Shown here piece by piece: positions 56,701 through 64,000 of a stretch of DNA of 64,000 bases (position 1 is the first letter of the stretch; each line of letters begins with the position of its first letter). The stretch lies in the IMG/VR virus record IMGVR_UViG_3300045988_160053. One strand, given 5' to 3'. This stretch comes from a virus. Both the position numbers and the translations under genes were made by a program. The notes under the pieces were generated by a model, which made no database searches, was not told the origin of the DNA, and saw only the letters and a list, made by a program, of their open reading frames with translations.

Positions 56701-57270
56701 GCATCCATTTTCATCAAACTGTTTCAACCATGTAATCATGGCCTTTTGATCATTCTTCTGCTTTTCAAGTTCAGCAACTTTATTTGCCAGTTCCTGTTTC
56801 AATGCAGCAGTTTTCTCTGCCATTTGTTTCTGAATATCTTTTGGATATTTATTCAGTGGTGATGCCAAACAAGCAGAAATCTTGATCACATTATCTGAAA
56901 TATTAAAGAACTCTTCAAATGTAATACGTGGTTTATAATATCGATGATCTGGTTGTGTAGATTTATCAATCAAAAGATTGATTTCTTTTACACCTTCATA
57001 GTTTTTAGCCAAAAGAATTGTATGATAATTGTCCCTCACCTTCTCTTCTAGTGAAGCTGTTAAATAACACTCAACTCCGTGTATGTATTTCAATCCTTTT
57101 GAATTGATATACATCTTTTTTTCAACCCAATTGTAGGCATTACCATGTTCCGTCAGAGCTAAGGCTTTATACCCTAGCTCCGATACACGGTCTGCATATT
57201 CTTTATAACCAGTACAACTATCAAGAAGAGAACGGTTTGAGTGGCAATGATAAATAGTATACTGTCCCAT
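53791..57270 (-). CDS. dnaE: DNA polymerase III alpha subunit (DnaE-type, with PHP domain)
   Basis: AAGGAG RBS. PHP: YHCHSNRSLLDS...ALALTEHGN. Palm/fingers: GPCRGSVGGSTVAYITDIIDVDP, FSRFANEDREEVGDIDLDIS, HPAGIVVSP, KYDLLGLKNL. Confidence 0.93.
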   Translation of the reverse strand: MGQYTIYHCHSNRSLLDSCTGYKEYADRVSELGYKALALTEHGNAYNWVEKKMYINSKGLKYIHGVECYLTASLEEKVRDNYHTILLAKNYEGVKEINLLIDKSTQPDHRYYKPRITFEEFFNISDNVIKISACLASPLNKYPKDIQKQMAEKTAALKQELANKVAELEKQKNDQKAMITWLKQFDENGCIPEDSYLHYIEAQIDKLKQYYDNLLEEVQLMNVTARETFYKLLETYDYYEIQPHDFPEQKQYNEFLYAASKQTGKPLIAGTDTHSIDYYKAECRSILQKAKRIEYADEDKFDLTLKTYEELVEMFRIQNCDIPFDVILQAIENTNVMADSVTDFELDTSVKYPKLYDNEEEVLKKRIFDKLHEKIDAGIIKKKKIPEYVKRIKEEMRVFKKINMIGFMLFMSELVCWCWENGIPVGPCRGSVGGSTVAYITDIIDVDPVIWNTIFSRFANEDREEVGDIDLDISPDQRELVYNHIIESFGYDKTAYILAIGTVSDKGTIDEIGRALDIPLDEVAHIKEMYSAYKDTIESTGKRIKEIEDMIHFDEIKQANKESEYYGLRRDYENKITERDKAIKQMNDLKDNQYRKLFYYFDGINGTPVSQSIHPAGIVVSPVTLPDNYGTFWNDGKRIMCINMEEIHDGAGLVKYDLLGLKNLEIIRKCYEYAGLPYPKSHQINWNDKKVWNDIVLCPAGVFQFESPYAYEMLKNYGPQCINDLSMINASLRPSGASYRDRLLAGETNKNPSPLIDELLKDNRGFLIFQEDVIAFLQKICGLSGSEADNVRRAIGRKQMGRLQKALPSILKGYCKMSPQPQDVAEEEAKTFLKIIEDSSNYMFGYNHSTGYSMIGYMCAFCRYYYPEEFIAAYLNCANNTDDILMGTELAKIKNIEIKNIKFRKSGAEYTVDKANHALYKGIASIKFCNAQIADDLLELATNRYNNFTEVLADVNTKTSVNSRQLTILIGLNYFEEFGKNQYLMQVSEIYDKFALCKIISKKKMESLGLTEYLMKKYAGKETASQYRDLDNTGLIAELSSRLENKAMSVIDQVKFEKEYLQYVVYVNPKVNQCFYVVTDYKTFKEVRKPYCVLHNIKTGEDVKARVTSIKVYQDNPFGEFSILKVPHFTKKKKKKCVNGTWQETDELENILDEYEVIK

Positions 57271-57279
57271 TTTATCTCC

Positions 57280-58461
57280 TTATAAATCGTTAAGCCAATC
57301 TAAGTTATCAATGTCGTATTCTTCATCCTGCTTATTTTTCGTACCCAAAATATCTCCATTTTTCTTTGCATCTTGAGCATCAAGATAAGCTTTTAACGGT
57401 TTATAAAGTTTAGTGGAATAACCACACAAATTCGTAAGATAATAACTTTGCTTTTTTAGACTCTCTTCATCTTCCCACCAAAGTTTATCTGCTTCATCAT
57501 ATTTTCCTGCCGCCTTTAGTTCCGCATATGTAGCTTCTTTATCACGAATCATTTTCATAGTATTGATAATAAAATCTTCCCAATACTGAATCAACTCCGG
57601 AGTCAAGTCAACATATACATAACAATCATGCAATTCATATTTCTCCTGTACTTCCGGTGGAAGACAGGTAATATCATTTGTTTGAGCTAATTTATCCAGA
57701 TACTCCAGCATGTTTTCTTCATATCCGAATTCTTTTAACCACATCTTTGCATTTGCCTGTAGCTTCTCCCCAAGCTCAAAGCGTTCGATTTCTCTTACTT
57801 TCTTTACACCTTTTTTAGATTGAACAGTTACACACTGATATTTAAGGAAATTCCATGCAATTTTGATCTTTTCAAACGGAATTCCCATCTGATGTAAAGC
57901 CAGAGAGTACATTACCAGCTGCCCACATTCATTTTTCGCTTTATCTCCCTTGTATATGCTGCTTGTCTTCCAATCTAATATAGTATAATTACCATTTTCA
58001 TCTGTCACCAGAGCGTCAATATACCCCTGGTAATATTCGTCACCAACCTTTACAGTTACAAACTTTTCAATATCAATATGATCAGTAATCTTCTCGTGTG
58101 TCTCAAAGAAATTTTTCAAATCATAATAATACTTAGTTGCAATACTATTGTTTCTGGCGCCATCTCCACGAACAAATTTTAGATCAGCAATATCAAATGC
58201 CATCAGCCATCCTTCGTCAAACTCTTCAGCCATTTTTTCATAAGCTAATTCTTCGGTATAAAATCGCTCTATAATATCATGACTAATACCGCCAGTTACT
58301 TTATAAATAGAATCATCACGATCCTCTTTTTTATGTAATACATACTTCAAAAAATACTCATAGAGACCATTGTGTACGCAGTTTACACGGCTCCATGAAT
58401 TGAGTCTATCGACTCCAAGTGCCTCGCACATCTTCTGCAGTTCTTCATAGCTTAATCTCAA
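57280..58461 (-). CDS. PD-(D/E)XK (RecB/Cas4-like) nuclease
   Basis: GGISHDIIERFY, GYIDALVTDENGNYTILDWKTSS (D...D/E-x-K) and QLVMYSLAL. The start is uncertain: TTG at 58461 (TTGA overlap) or ATG at 58431. Confidence 0.65.
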   Translation of the reverse strand: MRLSYEELQKMCEALGVDRLNSWSRVNCVHNGLYEYFLKYVLHKKEDRDDSIYKVTGGISHDIIERFYTEELAYEKMAEEFDEGWLMAFDIADLKFVRGDGARNNSIATKYYYDLKNFFETHEKITDHIDIEKFVTVKVGDEYYQGYIDALVTDENGNYTILDWKTSSIYKGDKAKNECGQLVMYSLALHQMGIPFEKIKIAWNFLKYQCVTVQSKKGVKKVREIERFELGEKLQANAKMWLKEFGYEENMLEYLDKLAQTNDITCLPPEVQEKYELHDCYVYVDLTPELIQYWEDFIINTMKMIRDKEATYAELKAAGKYDEADKLWWEDEESLKKQSYYLTNLCGYSTKLYKPLKAYLDAQDAKKNGDILGTKNKQDEEYDIDNLDWLNDL

Positions 58462-59543
58462 CTATTTTTTTTCAAACTCTTTAAATATTCTCTGTGTTTA
58501 CTTTCATCATAAGGGATTCTCCATTTAAACAGAAAATTGTATATTTTATTTGGCGCATCTGCAGGTGAGTCCTTTGGGCCAAGCAGTTTCCATTTATCAC
58601 GAATGTAGCTAACTTTGCGTAATCCGTAAAACTTCTCACACATATTCCAGACCTCTTCTATTGGAACATCATTATCCATCGCGATAATAACTTCTTCTAC
58701 TCCGATGCCAAGTATAATTCGCACCTGCTCATCTGAAAGTACATGGCCTTCAATTGCACCGCCAGTTGGATCCATTCTACTATCTCTTTTAAGAACAGAT
58801 TTCTCGGCTTCGAATATAACAATATATCCTGCTTTCTGAATATCTTTATAATTTTCCCACAATCCATATATATTAATTTCTTTTCGCATCCCAGGTGTTA
58901 TAAAGTACTTTGATATTCCAAATTCAGAACAATTTTCGATGGAACTTCTGGCATTATATCCCATCAGAGTTCCATCTAGCCAATATCTAATTGGAAATAT
59001 TGTTCTCCTCCATCTATACGAATATCCAAGTCCAAATTTTTTAATTGTTCGTTTTATAATCCCTTCACGAAATAAATCAATATGAATATATGGAACAAAA
59101 TCATTTAAAATATCTTCACTCATAGGATCAAAATCATTTACGACACATTTCCTACGCTTAACCACAAATCTTGAGAACACGAACCAGGAATCATCCGGCT
59201 TTTTCTTCTCCTCTTTTACTTTGTATAAATTTTTCAATCCTAAAAGTTTATGAAGATATTTCATTGCATTTGCAAAATCAATATTTTTATTATACTGAAC
59301 TAAAGAAATTAAATCCTTACCATCGTCATATTCAACTCCTCTGGTATAATTTCGATAATTCAGATATTTATTATTTCTTATATTGATGGCGGCTGGATTG
59401 TTACAGTCACCACCCACCGCATTAGAGCAGCTATAATAATCCTTGTTATCATGATATACTATATTGCTACACCCAATGCTTTCTAAAACATAAGGTATTT
59501 TTCCATTTTTTTGAATGTATTCCTTAATCTCTAATGCAGTCAT
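58458..59543 (-). CDS. DNA primase (Zn-finger + TOPRIM)
   Basis: N-terminal Cys cluster (CSNIVYHDNKDYYSCSNAVGGDC). TOPRIM Glu in YIVIFEAEKSVL and DxD in VIIAMDNDVP. Confidence 0.75.
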   Translation of the reverse strand: MTALEIKEYIQKNGKIPYVLESIGCSNIVYHDNKDYYSCSNAVGGDCNNPAAINIRNNKYLNYRNYTRGVEYDDGKDLISLVQYNKNIDFANAMKYLHKLLGLKNLYKVKEEKKKPDDSWFVFSRFVVKRRKCVVNDFDPMSEDILNDFVPYIHIDLFREGIIKRTIKKFGLGYSYRWRRTIFPIRYWLDGTLMGYNARSSIENCSEFGISKYFITPGMRKEINIYGLWENYKDIQKAGYIVIFEAEKSVLKRDSRMDPTGGAIEGHVLSDEQVRIILGIGVEEVIIAMDNDVPIEEVWNMCEKFYGLRKVSYIRDKWKLLGPKDSPADAPNKIYNFLFKWRIPYDESKHREYLKSLKKNS

Positions 59544-59556
59544 TTTTACTCTCCGC

Positions 59557-61080
59557 TTAAAAATCTTGTGCTATATTACAAATAGCAACATCTTTGTGCA
59601 TATTGGTACTCAGATCATACTCTGAGATTATCTGGAATTGGTCTGTAGCCCCAAATCTATTTTTAGTAATAAATGTGATCATATAATGTTTATCCGGATC
59701 CAGATGATACGGAATCTTTGAGGAATTATTTTTTCCCGCCAACTTATAAGCTTTAATCTCATGTGAACCACCAGGGAACTCATCTTCAAATGGTTTACGC
59801 ATCATTAAATTCACACTAAATACATCCAATATATTCTTTGCTTGTCCAATTTCATTATTTGTAAGATACCTCATCTTTACTGAAGCTTTCCCTAACTGAT
59901 ATGTAACAAATAATGCTACATTTTTAGCAGCTGGTTTCACAACATCGTAAAGATCAACCATATCTCGTTCCATAGATTTCCATGTTTCTGTGTCTCTTGA
60001 ATCAGATGATTCTTTTAATGTATCCAGAACAAATAGCCTTACTCCCATGCTAGAGTATTTTTTTATTACTTTGATTGCTGCTTTGACGGTATATTTTTCA
60101 AAAGGAACGATTGTAATATTTCTGCGTTCTTTTAACTCTTCAAGATATTTTGCTGCCTTACGAAGCTTATCTAAAACATCTTTACTAAAATGGCCATCAC
60201 GTAAAATATATTTATGTAGTCCAGCACTATATAAATTATTTGCAACCCAGACAAGTAACTCTTTCTTTACTTTGTCCTGATCTTCTTCATTAATCATAAT
60301 GACCATTTTTTCATTATGTTCTAATACTGAAGGCATTAAGTAGTTGATTGCTGTTGTTGATTTTCCAACACCTGAATTGGCACCTAGACCATAAATGTTT
60401 CCATTAAAATTAATGCCGCCAATTTCTCTGTTCAAAATATCACAATGTTTAAGTGGCATTCCTACCTGACTTCCAGCATTTAATTTATCAATCAAATCAA
60501 ATAATCCGTCGCAGGCATTATAAGTTTTAACTTCAGATTCCACATTAATAAATGTGTGATTCAAAAGTGCCTCAAGTTCGTTATATATATCTTCAGCTTT
60601 AGCATCGACATATTTACTTAACTTTTCTTTTATAGGAAAGCCCATTCGGGCTAATTTCATTACAGCGTTCCACTTTTTTACCTCATTCACATAAGAATCA
60701 AAATTAGCCTCTTCGATATATGTAAATGAACTTTCAATCTTCCCATATCCACCATATTCATCGTATTTCTTACTTAATTTTGAATGTTTCGATAGATACA
60801 TATTGATTGTAATTTCATCTAATGTATTTTTTTGTTCTACATTGATGATATCGTTCGCAATTGAAAAATATACTCTCCAAGCATTATTTGTTATATCTTC
60901 CAGTTTCAAAGAAGTGTCTCTGACTAAATCCGGGTTCTTGTAAATAGAAGACACTGCATTTGCTTCTGCAATTAACTTATATTCATTTACCTTTTTAATA
61001 GTCTCAATACATTCCTTTTCAAAAGGGGACATTGTTTTCGCACTACTGCGATCTTTCGTCTTAGTAGTGATAGATGTCAA
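59557..61080 (-). CDS. dnaB: DnaB-like replicative DNA helicase
   Basis: TTG start with a GAGGGGA RBS. N-terminal domain IAEANAVSSIYKNPDLV. Walker A GLGANSGVGKSTTAINY. Walker B-like LFVLDTLKES. Confidence 0.8.
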   Translation of the reverse strand: MTSITTKTKDRSSAKTMSPFEKECIETIKKVNEYKLIAEANAVSSIYKNPDLVRDTSLKLEDITNNAWRVYFSIANDIINVEQKNTLDEITINMYLSKHSKLSKKYDEYGGYGKIESSFTYIEEANFDSYVNEVKKWNAVMKLARMGFPIKEKLSKYVDAKAEDIYNELEALLNHTFINVESEVKTYNACDGLFDLIDKLNAGSQVGMPLKHCDILNREIGGINFNGNIYGLGANSGVGKSTTAINYLMPSVLEHNEKMVIMINEEDQDKVKKELLVWVANNLYSAGLHKYILRDGHFSKDVLDKLRKAAKYLEELKERRNITIVPFEKYTVKAAIKVIKKYSSMGVRLFVLDTLKESSDSRDTETWKSMERDMVDLYDVVKPAAKNVALFVTYQLGKASVKMRYLTNNEIGQAKNILDVFSVNLMMRKPFEDEFPGGSHEIKAYKLAGKNNSSKIPYHLDPDKHYMITFITKNRFGATDQFQIISEYDLSTNMHKDVAICNIAQDF

Positions 61081-61551
61081 TTACCAAATCCCCTCGAATG
61101 TAGAATTTACGACCTCTTCCGTCTGACGTTGATATTTAGCGGCTTCACTATTTTGCGCTCCTATATCAATCTTTTCAGACTTCTCTTCGCTTTTCTTTGC
61201 ATTTTTCATTCTGGTGTACATATCATTAATTCGGTTGCTTACAATAGCACAAATGTAAGCCACTTTCTGATCTTCGCTGTTAAATGTTTTTCCTTTTATT
61301 GCTTTTAAAATGACATATTTGTTCGCTTTAAAAGTATTAAAAATAACATCAATAGGATATTCTCCATACATTTCATGAGAATTATTCGCCATACTTTGTC
61401 CTTTTCTTAGCCCCTGCAATCTTAGACATGCGTTCTTATGCAAACGCTGCGTCCCAGAATACCCCATCAATTCTCTTTCAACCCAATCACACATTTGTAA
61501 GAAGTCTTCATTTTTCCAACCAGTTGTGTCCTTTTTATTTTCCTTACTCAA
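61081..61551 (-). CDS. hypothetical protein, possible helicase-loader position (156 aa)
   Basis: Likely TTG start at 61551 with an AAGGAG RBS 7 nt upstream (the track start at 61575 is another TTG, upstream of that RBS). No motif recognised. Confidence 0.5.
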   Translation of the reverse strand: MSKENKKDTTGWKNEDFLQMCDWVERELMGYSGTQRLHKNACLRLQGLRKGQSMANNSHEMYGEYPIDVIFNTFKANKYVILKAIKGKTFNSEDQKVAYICAIVSNRINDMYTRMKNAKKSEEKSEKIDIGAQNSEAAKYQRQTEEVVNSTFEGIW

Positions 61552-61602
61552 TGTTATTCTCCTTAGAAATCCCAAGGCAGAAGCCCTGGGATCAATATTT
61601 AT

Positions 61603-62751
61603 TTACGCAACAGTAAGTTCAAGAATCTTTTTTGCGTCATCAATATTTGTTACTTTCATCGGATTGTCATAACCCATTTCTTTAGCTGCAGCTACAAGTG
61701 GTTTTAATTTTGCAGTTTTACCTTTATTAGCAATACAGAACGCCTTAATCTTTTCTGTGATTTCACTAAGTTCTTTCTGTATTTTAGATTCTGCCTCAGC
61801 TTCCGCAATCTTTTCAGCTCTTTTTTCTGCAGCTGAATCCTGTTCTTTCTTTAATTCATCAACAGATTTACTCCCTTTAGATGCTTCGGCTTTGATAGCA
61901 TCTGTAAGAGCCTTGATTAATGCATCTGAACTAAATTCAATTTCCGGAACAATGTCAGCAAATCTTGATTTAGAATCGATAGAATAAGAATCATCACGGA
62001 ATGTAATTTTACGGCTTTCGCTTGTAATTACACCTTTCATAATATCTACATCTTTTTTACCTTCCTTTTTAGTCTTGCCAGTCTTTTCCTGCACGATTTC
62101 TCTATCAATAGAAGCAACACCAAGAAAATGTAATTTTGTTTTGATTGCATTAAAATCTCTCATTGACATATTAGTTGTCAGAGAAGTATATGTCTGTCCC
62201 GTTGTTACATCATCTTGTGTACGCTGCTTAACGTGTCCAATAATAATGAAATGAACACCAACCGATTTCAGTTCCCATAACTTATTCAGAACAATTTCTG
62301 TTGCCTTATCCTCTCCGGCCATATAACCACCAAAAGCTGCTTTGATAGATTTTACCGGTTTCTCAGGATTCTCCGCATTATGCATACGAATAACTTCTGG
62401 CTTTGCAATTTCTACAAGCTGATCATATGTATCAATAACAACTGTTTTCAAATCAGGATATTCTGTGGATTTATTCTCAACGACATCATCCACAAAATCT
62501 TCAAATCCAATACTGTTTGTTTCTTCATCATAATCCATTGACCATTCCGGACAATTCAAATAGTTGATTCCATTAATACCGTCAGCGCCATCTTCTTTAC
62601 CACACTCAAGAAAACGATATCCATCTTCACCTACAAGTTTCTCGCACATCTCTTTAATAATTGTTGTTTTTCCGATACCACTTTCCCCAATAAGTCCAAT
62701 ATTATATGATAAAGGATCAATTTTAATTGTATTCTTTTTTCCGTATCCCAT
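61603..62751 (-). CDS. P-loop ATPase (phage Sak4/RecA-like recombination or replication ATPase) with coiled-coil C-terminus
   Basis: Walker A LIGESGIGKTT, Walker B VVIDTYDQL, and FIIIGHVK. Confidence 0.7.
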   Translation of the reverse strand: MGYGKKNTIKIDPLSYNIGLIGESGIGKTTIIKEMCEKLVGEDGYRFLECGKEDGADGINGINYLNCPEWSMDYDEETNSIGFEDFVDDVVENKSTEYPDLKTVVIDTYDQLVEIAKPEVIRMHNAENPEKPVKSIKAAFGGYMAGEDKATEIVLNKLWELKSVGVHFIIIGHVKQRTQDDVTTGQTYTSLTTNMSMRDFNAIKTKLHFLGVASIDREIVQEKTGKTKKEGKKDVDIMKGVITSESRKITFRDDSYSIDSKSRFADIVPEIEFSSDALIKALTDAIKAEASKGSKSVDELKKEQDSAAEKRAEKIAEAEAESKIQKELSEITEKIKAFCIANKGKTAKLKPLVAAAKEMGYDNPMKVTNIDDAKKILELTVA

Positions 62752-62796
62752 AGTATTTGTTTCCTTTCTGTACTTTGTATAATTTAATTATTATAG

Positions 62797-64000
62797 TTAA
62801 TCATCAAGCAGCGAATCTAACATTGAATCATAATCAATTTCTTCATCCTGATCCGTTGTATCAGTTTCTGAATCTTCTTCTACTTCATCCACTTCTTCGT
62901 CATCATCTGCTTCAATCAGATAATCTAATACAAGATCATCTTCCGAATACATAGAATCGAATTTCTGAATCTGTGGAATCTTAGATCCGTCTTCTCCAAC
63001 TAACTTAATAACCGGTCTAGTAAGTAACATCCTGCGTTCTTTACTAGCATTTTCTGTACAAAGTGCTAATGCTTCCTCCAAAGTGTAAGCTCCCATTTCT
63101 ACCAGTTCTTTAATATCGTCTGGTAAATCGTCTTCAGTTGTCTGGATCACTGCACCGCCTTCAACAAATACTCCTTGACAAGTAATCAATGTCACGTTTT
63201 TCTTAACTTTGAAAAGTTTTCCTGCGCGCTCAATAGATTTTTCATCTTCCGGATCATAAACATATTCAAATGTCTTTCTCAAAGGTACAAACTTTCCGCC
63301 TTTTACAGCGCCACCTTCAGTCAAGTCATTACCATTATATTCTTTGAATTTCTCCAGAATATATGCCGTTATCGGGAACGCACATTTATCTTTATCTGCT
63401 TTTCCGATTGAATACTTGTCAAGAAGCATCGACTGAGTAAATGCTGCTTCATAAGTATTCAATTCCTTCTCTCTTGGAAGATAAATACTGTTAATTTCTT
63501 TTCTTACTTGTATATGTTTGTCATAGACAGTATATTTTAACTGCCCTCTTACCTTAATCTCCATACCATCCTGCAATGCTTCAGACAGATATTTAATTGC
63601 ATCATATGCATGTAAGAATTTATTGATAACAACTTCACCTTTTGTATCCTTCTCAATACCAATTTTGATAAAGCAAAGATCTCCGATATCTTTTAGAATA
63701 TCCTCGTCAAATCGATCATCAAAATCAATCTGGTATCTGTTATCAAAATCATCTCCACCATTCTCATCTTTGCCATGAACATAAATAACATTGTTTCTGC
63801 CAGCTCCATAACCACCCATTAATTCGCAGCCAACTTTTCCGTATTTATCGCCGCAGTCAACATTCAGGTTAATAGAATTGTAAATCCAGTCACTTTTCTT
63901 AGAATGTTCATCAATTTTGAATGTGTAATCTTTAATACATGCCTTTCCAATCAATTCAAATGTCTGAACCCAGCCTTTTTTATCTAACGGTTTTTTTTCT
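62797..64000 (-). CDS. putative ssDNA-binding protein with an acidic C-terminal tail; 5' end runs off the window
   Basis: The frame stays open to base 63999 (the track TTG at 63954 is probably not the start). C-terminus: EADDDEEVDEVEEDSETDTTDQDEEIDYDSMLDSLLDD. Position is next to the recombination ATPase. Confidence 0.4.
   Translation of the reverse strand, partial: EKKPLDKKGWVQTFELIGKACIKDYTFKIDEHSKKSDWIYNSINLNVDCGDKYGKVGCELMGGYGAGRNNVIYVHGKDENGGDDFDNRYQIDFDDRFDEDILKDIGDLCFIKIGIEKDTKGEVVINKFLHAYDAIKYLSEALQDGMEIKVRGQLKYTVYDKHIQVRKEINSIYLPREKELNTYEAAFTQSMLLDKYSIGKADKDKCAFPITAYILEKFKEYNGNDLTEGGAVKGGKFVPLRKTFEYVYDPEDEKSIERAGKLFKVKKNVTLITCQGVFVEGGAVIQTTEDDLPDDIKELVEMGAYTLEEALALCTENASKERRMLLTRPVIKLVGEDGSKIPQIQKFDSMYSEDDLVLDYLIEADDDEEVDEVEEDSETDTTDQDEEIDYDSMLDSLLDD

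Overview
This window is an AT-rich, very gene-dense piece of a large dsDNA phage or prophage. The host is probably an anaerobic Gram-positive (Clostridia-like) bacterium, judging from the GH25-CHAP-SH3b endolysin, the Listeria-Bacteroides repeats and an nrdDG-only ribonucleotide reductase.

Layout:
- (1) 1-23.8 kb, + strand: late module. It holds a 2407-aa chimeric receptor-binding protein, a 964-aa HxH-motif tail fibre, and two paralogous cassettes encoding five glycine-rich (ALK/LTK-type) domains. One cassette carries a roughly 210-residue Cys-every-fourth (CXXX) repeat. A translationally coupled small protein plus a radical SAM/SPASM maturase follow, then endolysin and a holin-like gene.
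- (2) 23.8-26.3 kb: convergent junction. It holds a bidirectional terminator, a candidate attP region, a tyrosine integrase and an excisionase.
- (3) 26.3-64 kb, - strand: early/middle genes.
  - dUTPase.
  - An unusually complete NAD+/ADP-ribose island: NMNAT, NadE, NADAR, Macro, KptA/Tpt1, a Nampt-HAD fusion, Prs-like, PurA-like and nicotinamidase.
  - An SPFH protein flanked by tiny membrane ORFs.
  - NrdD/NrdG split by a homing-endonuclease-like ORF, a Gmk-like kinase, a divergent ThyX-like protein and an HD hydrolase.
  - A full replisome and recombination set: RecD2-like helicase, Pol III alpha, PD-(D/E)XK nuclease, primase, DnaB-like helicase, ATPase and an SSB-like protein.

I saw no rRNA, tRNA or CRISPR.

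The best candidate for a new system is the CXXX-repeat fibre protein together with the radical SAM/SPASM maturase. This looks like RiPP-style modification machinery acting on a virion structural protein.

All homology calls are by-eye motif recognition and need HMM or structure confirmation.
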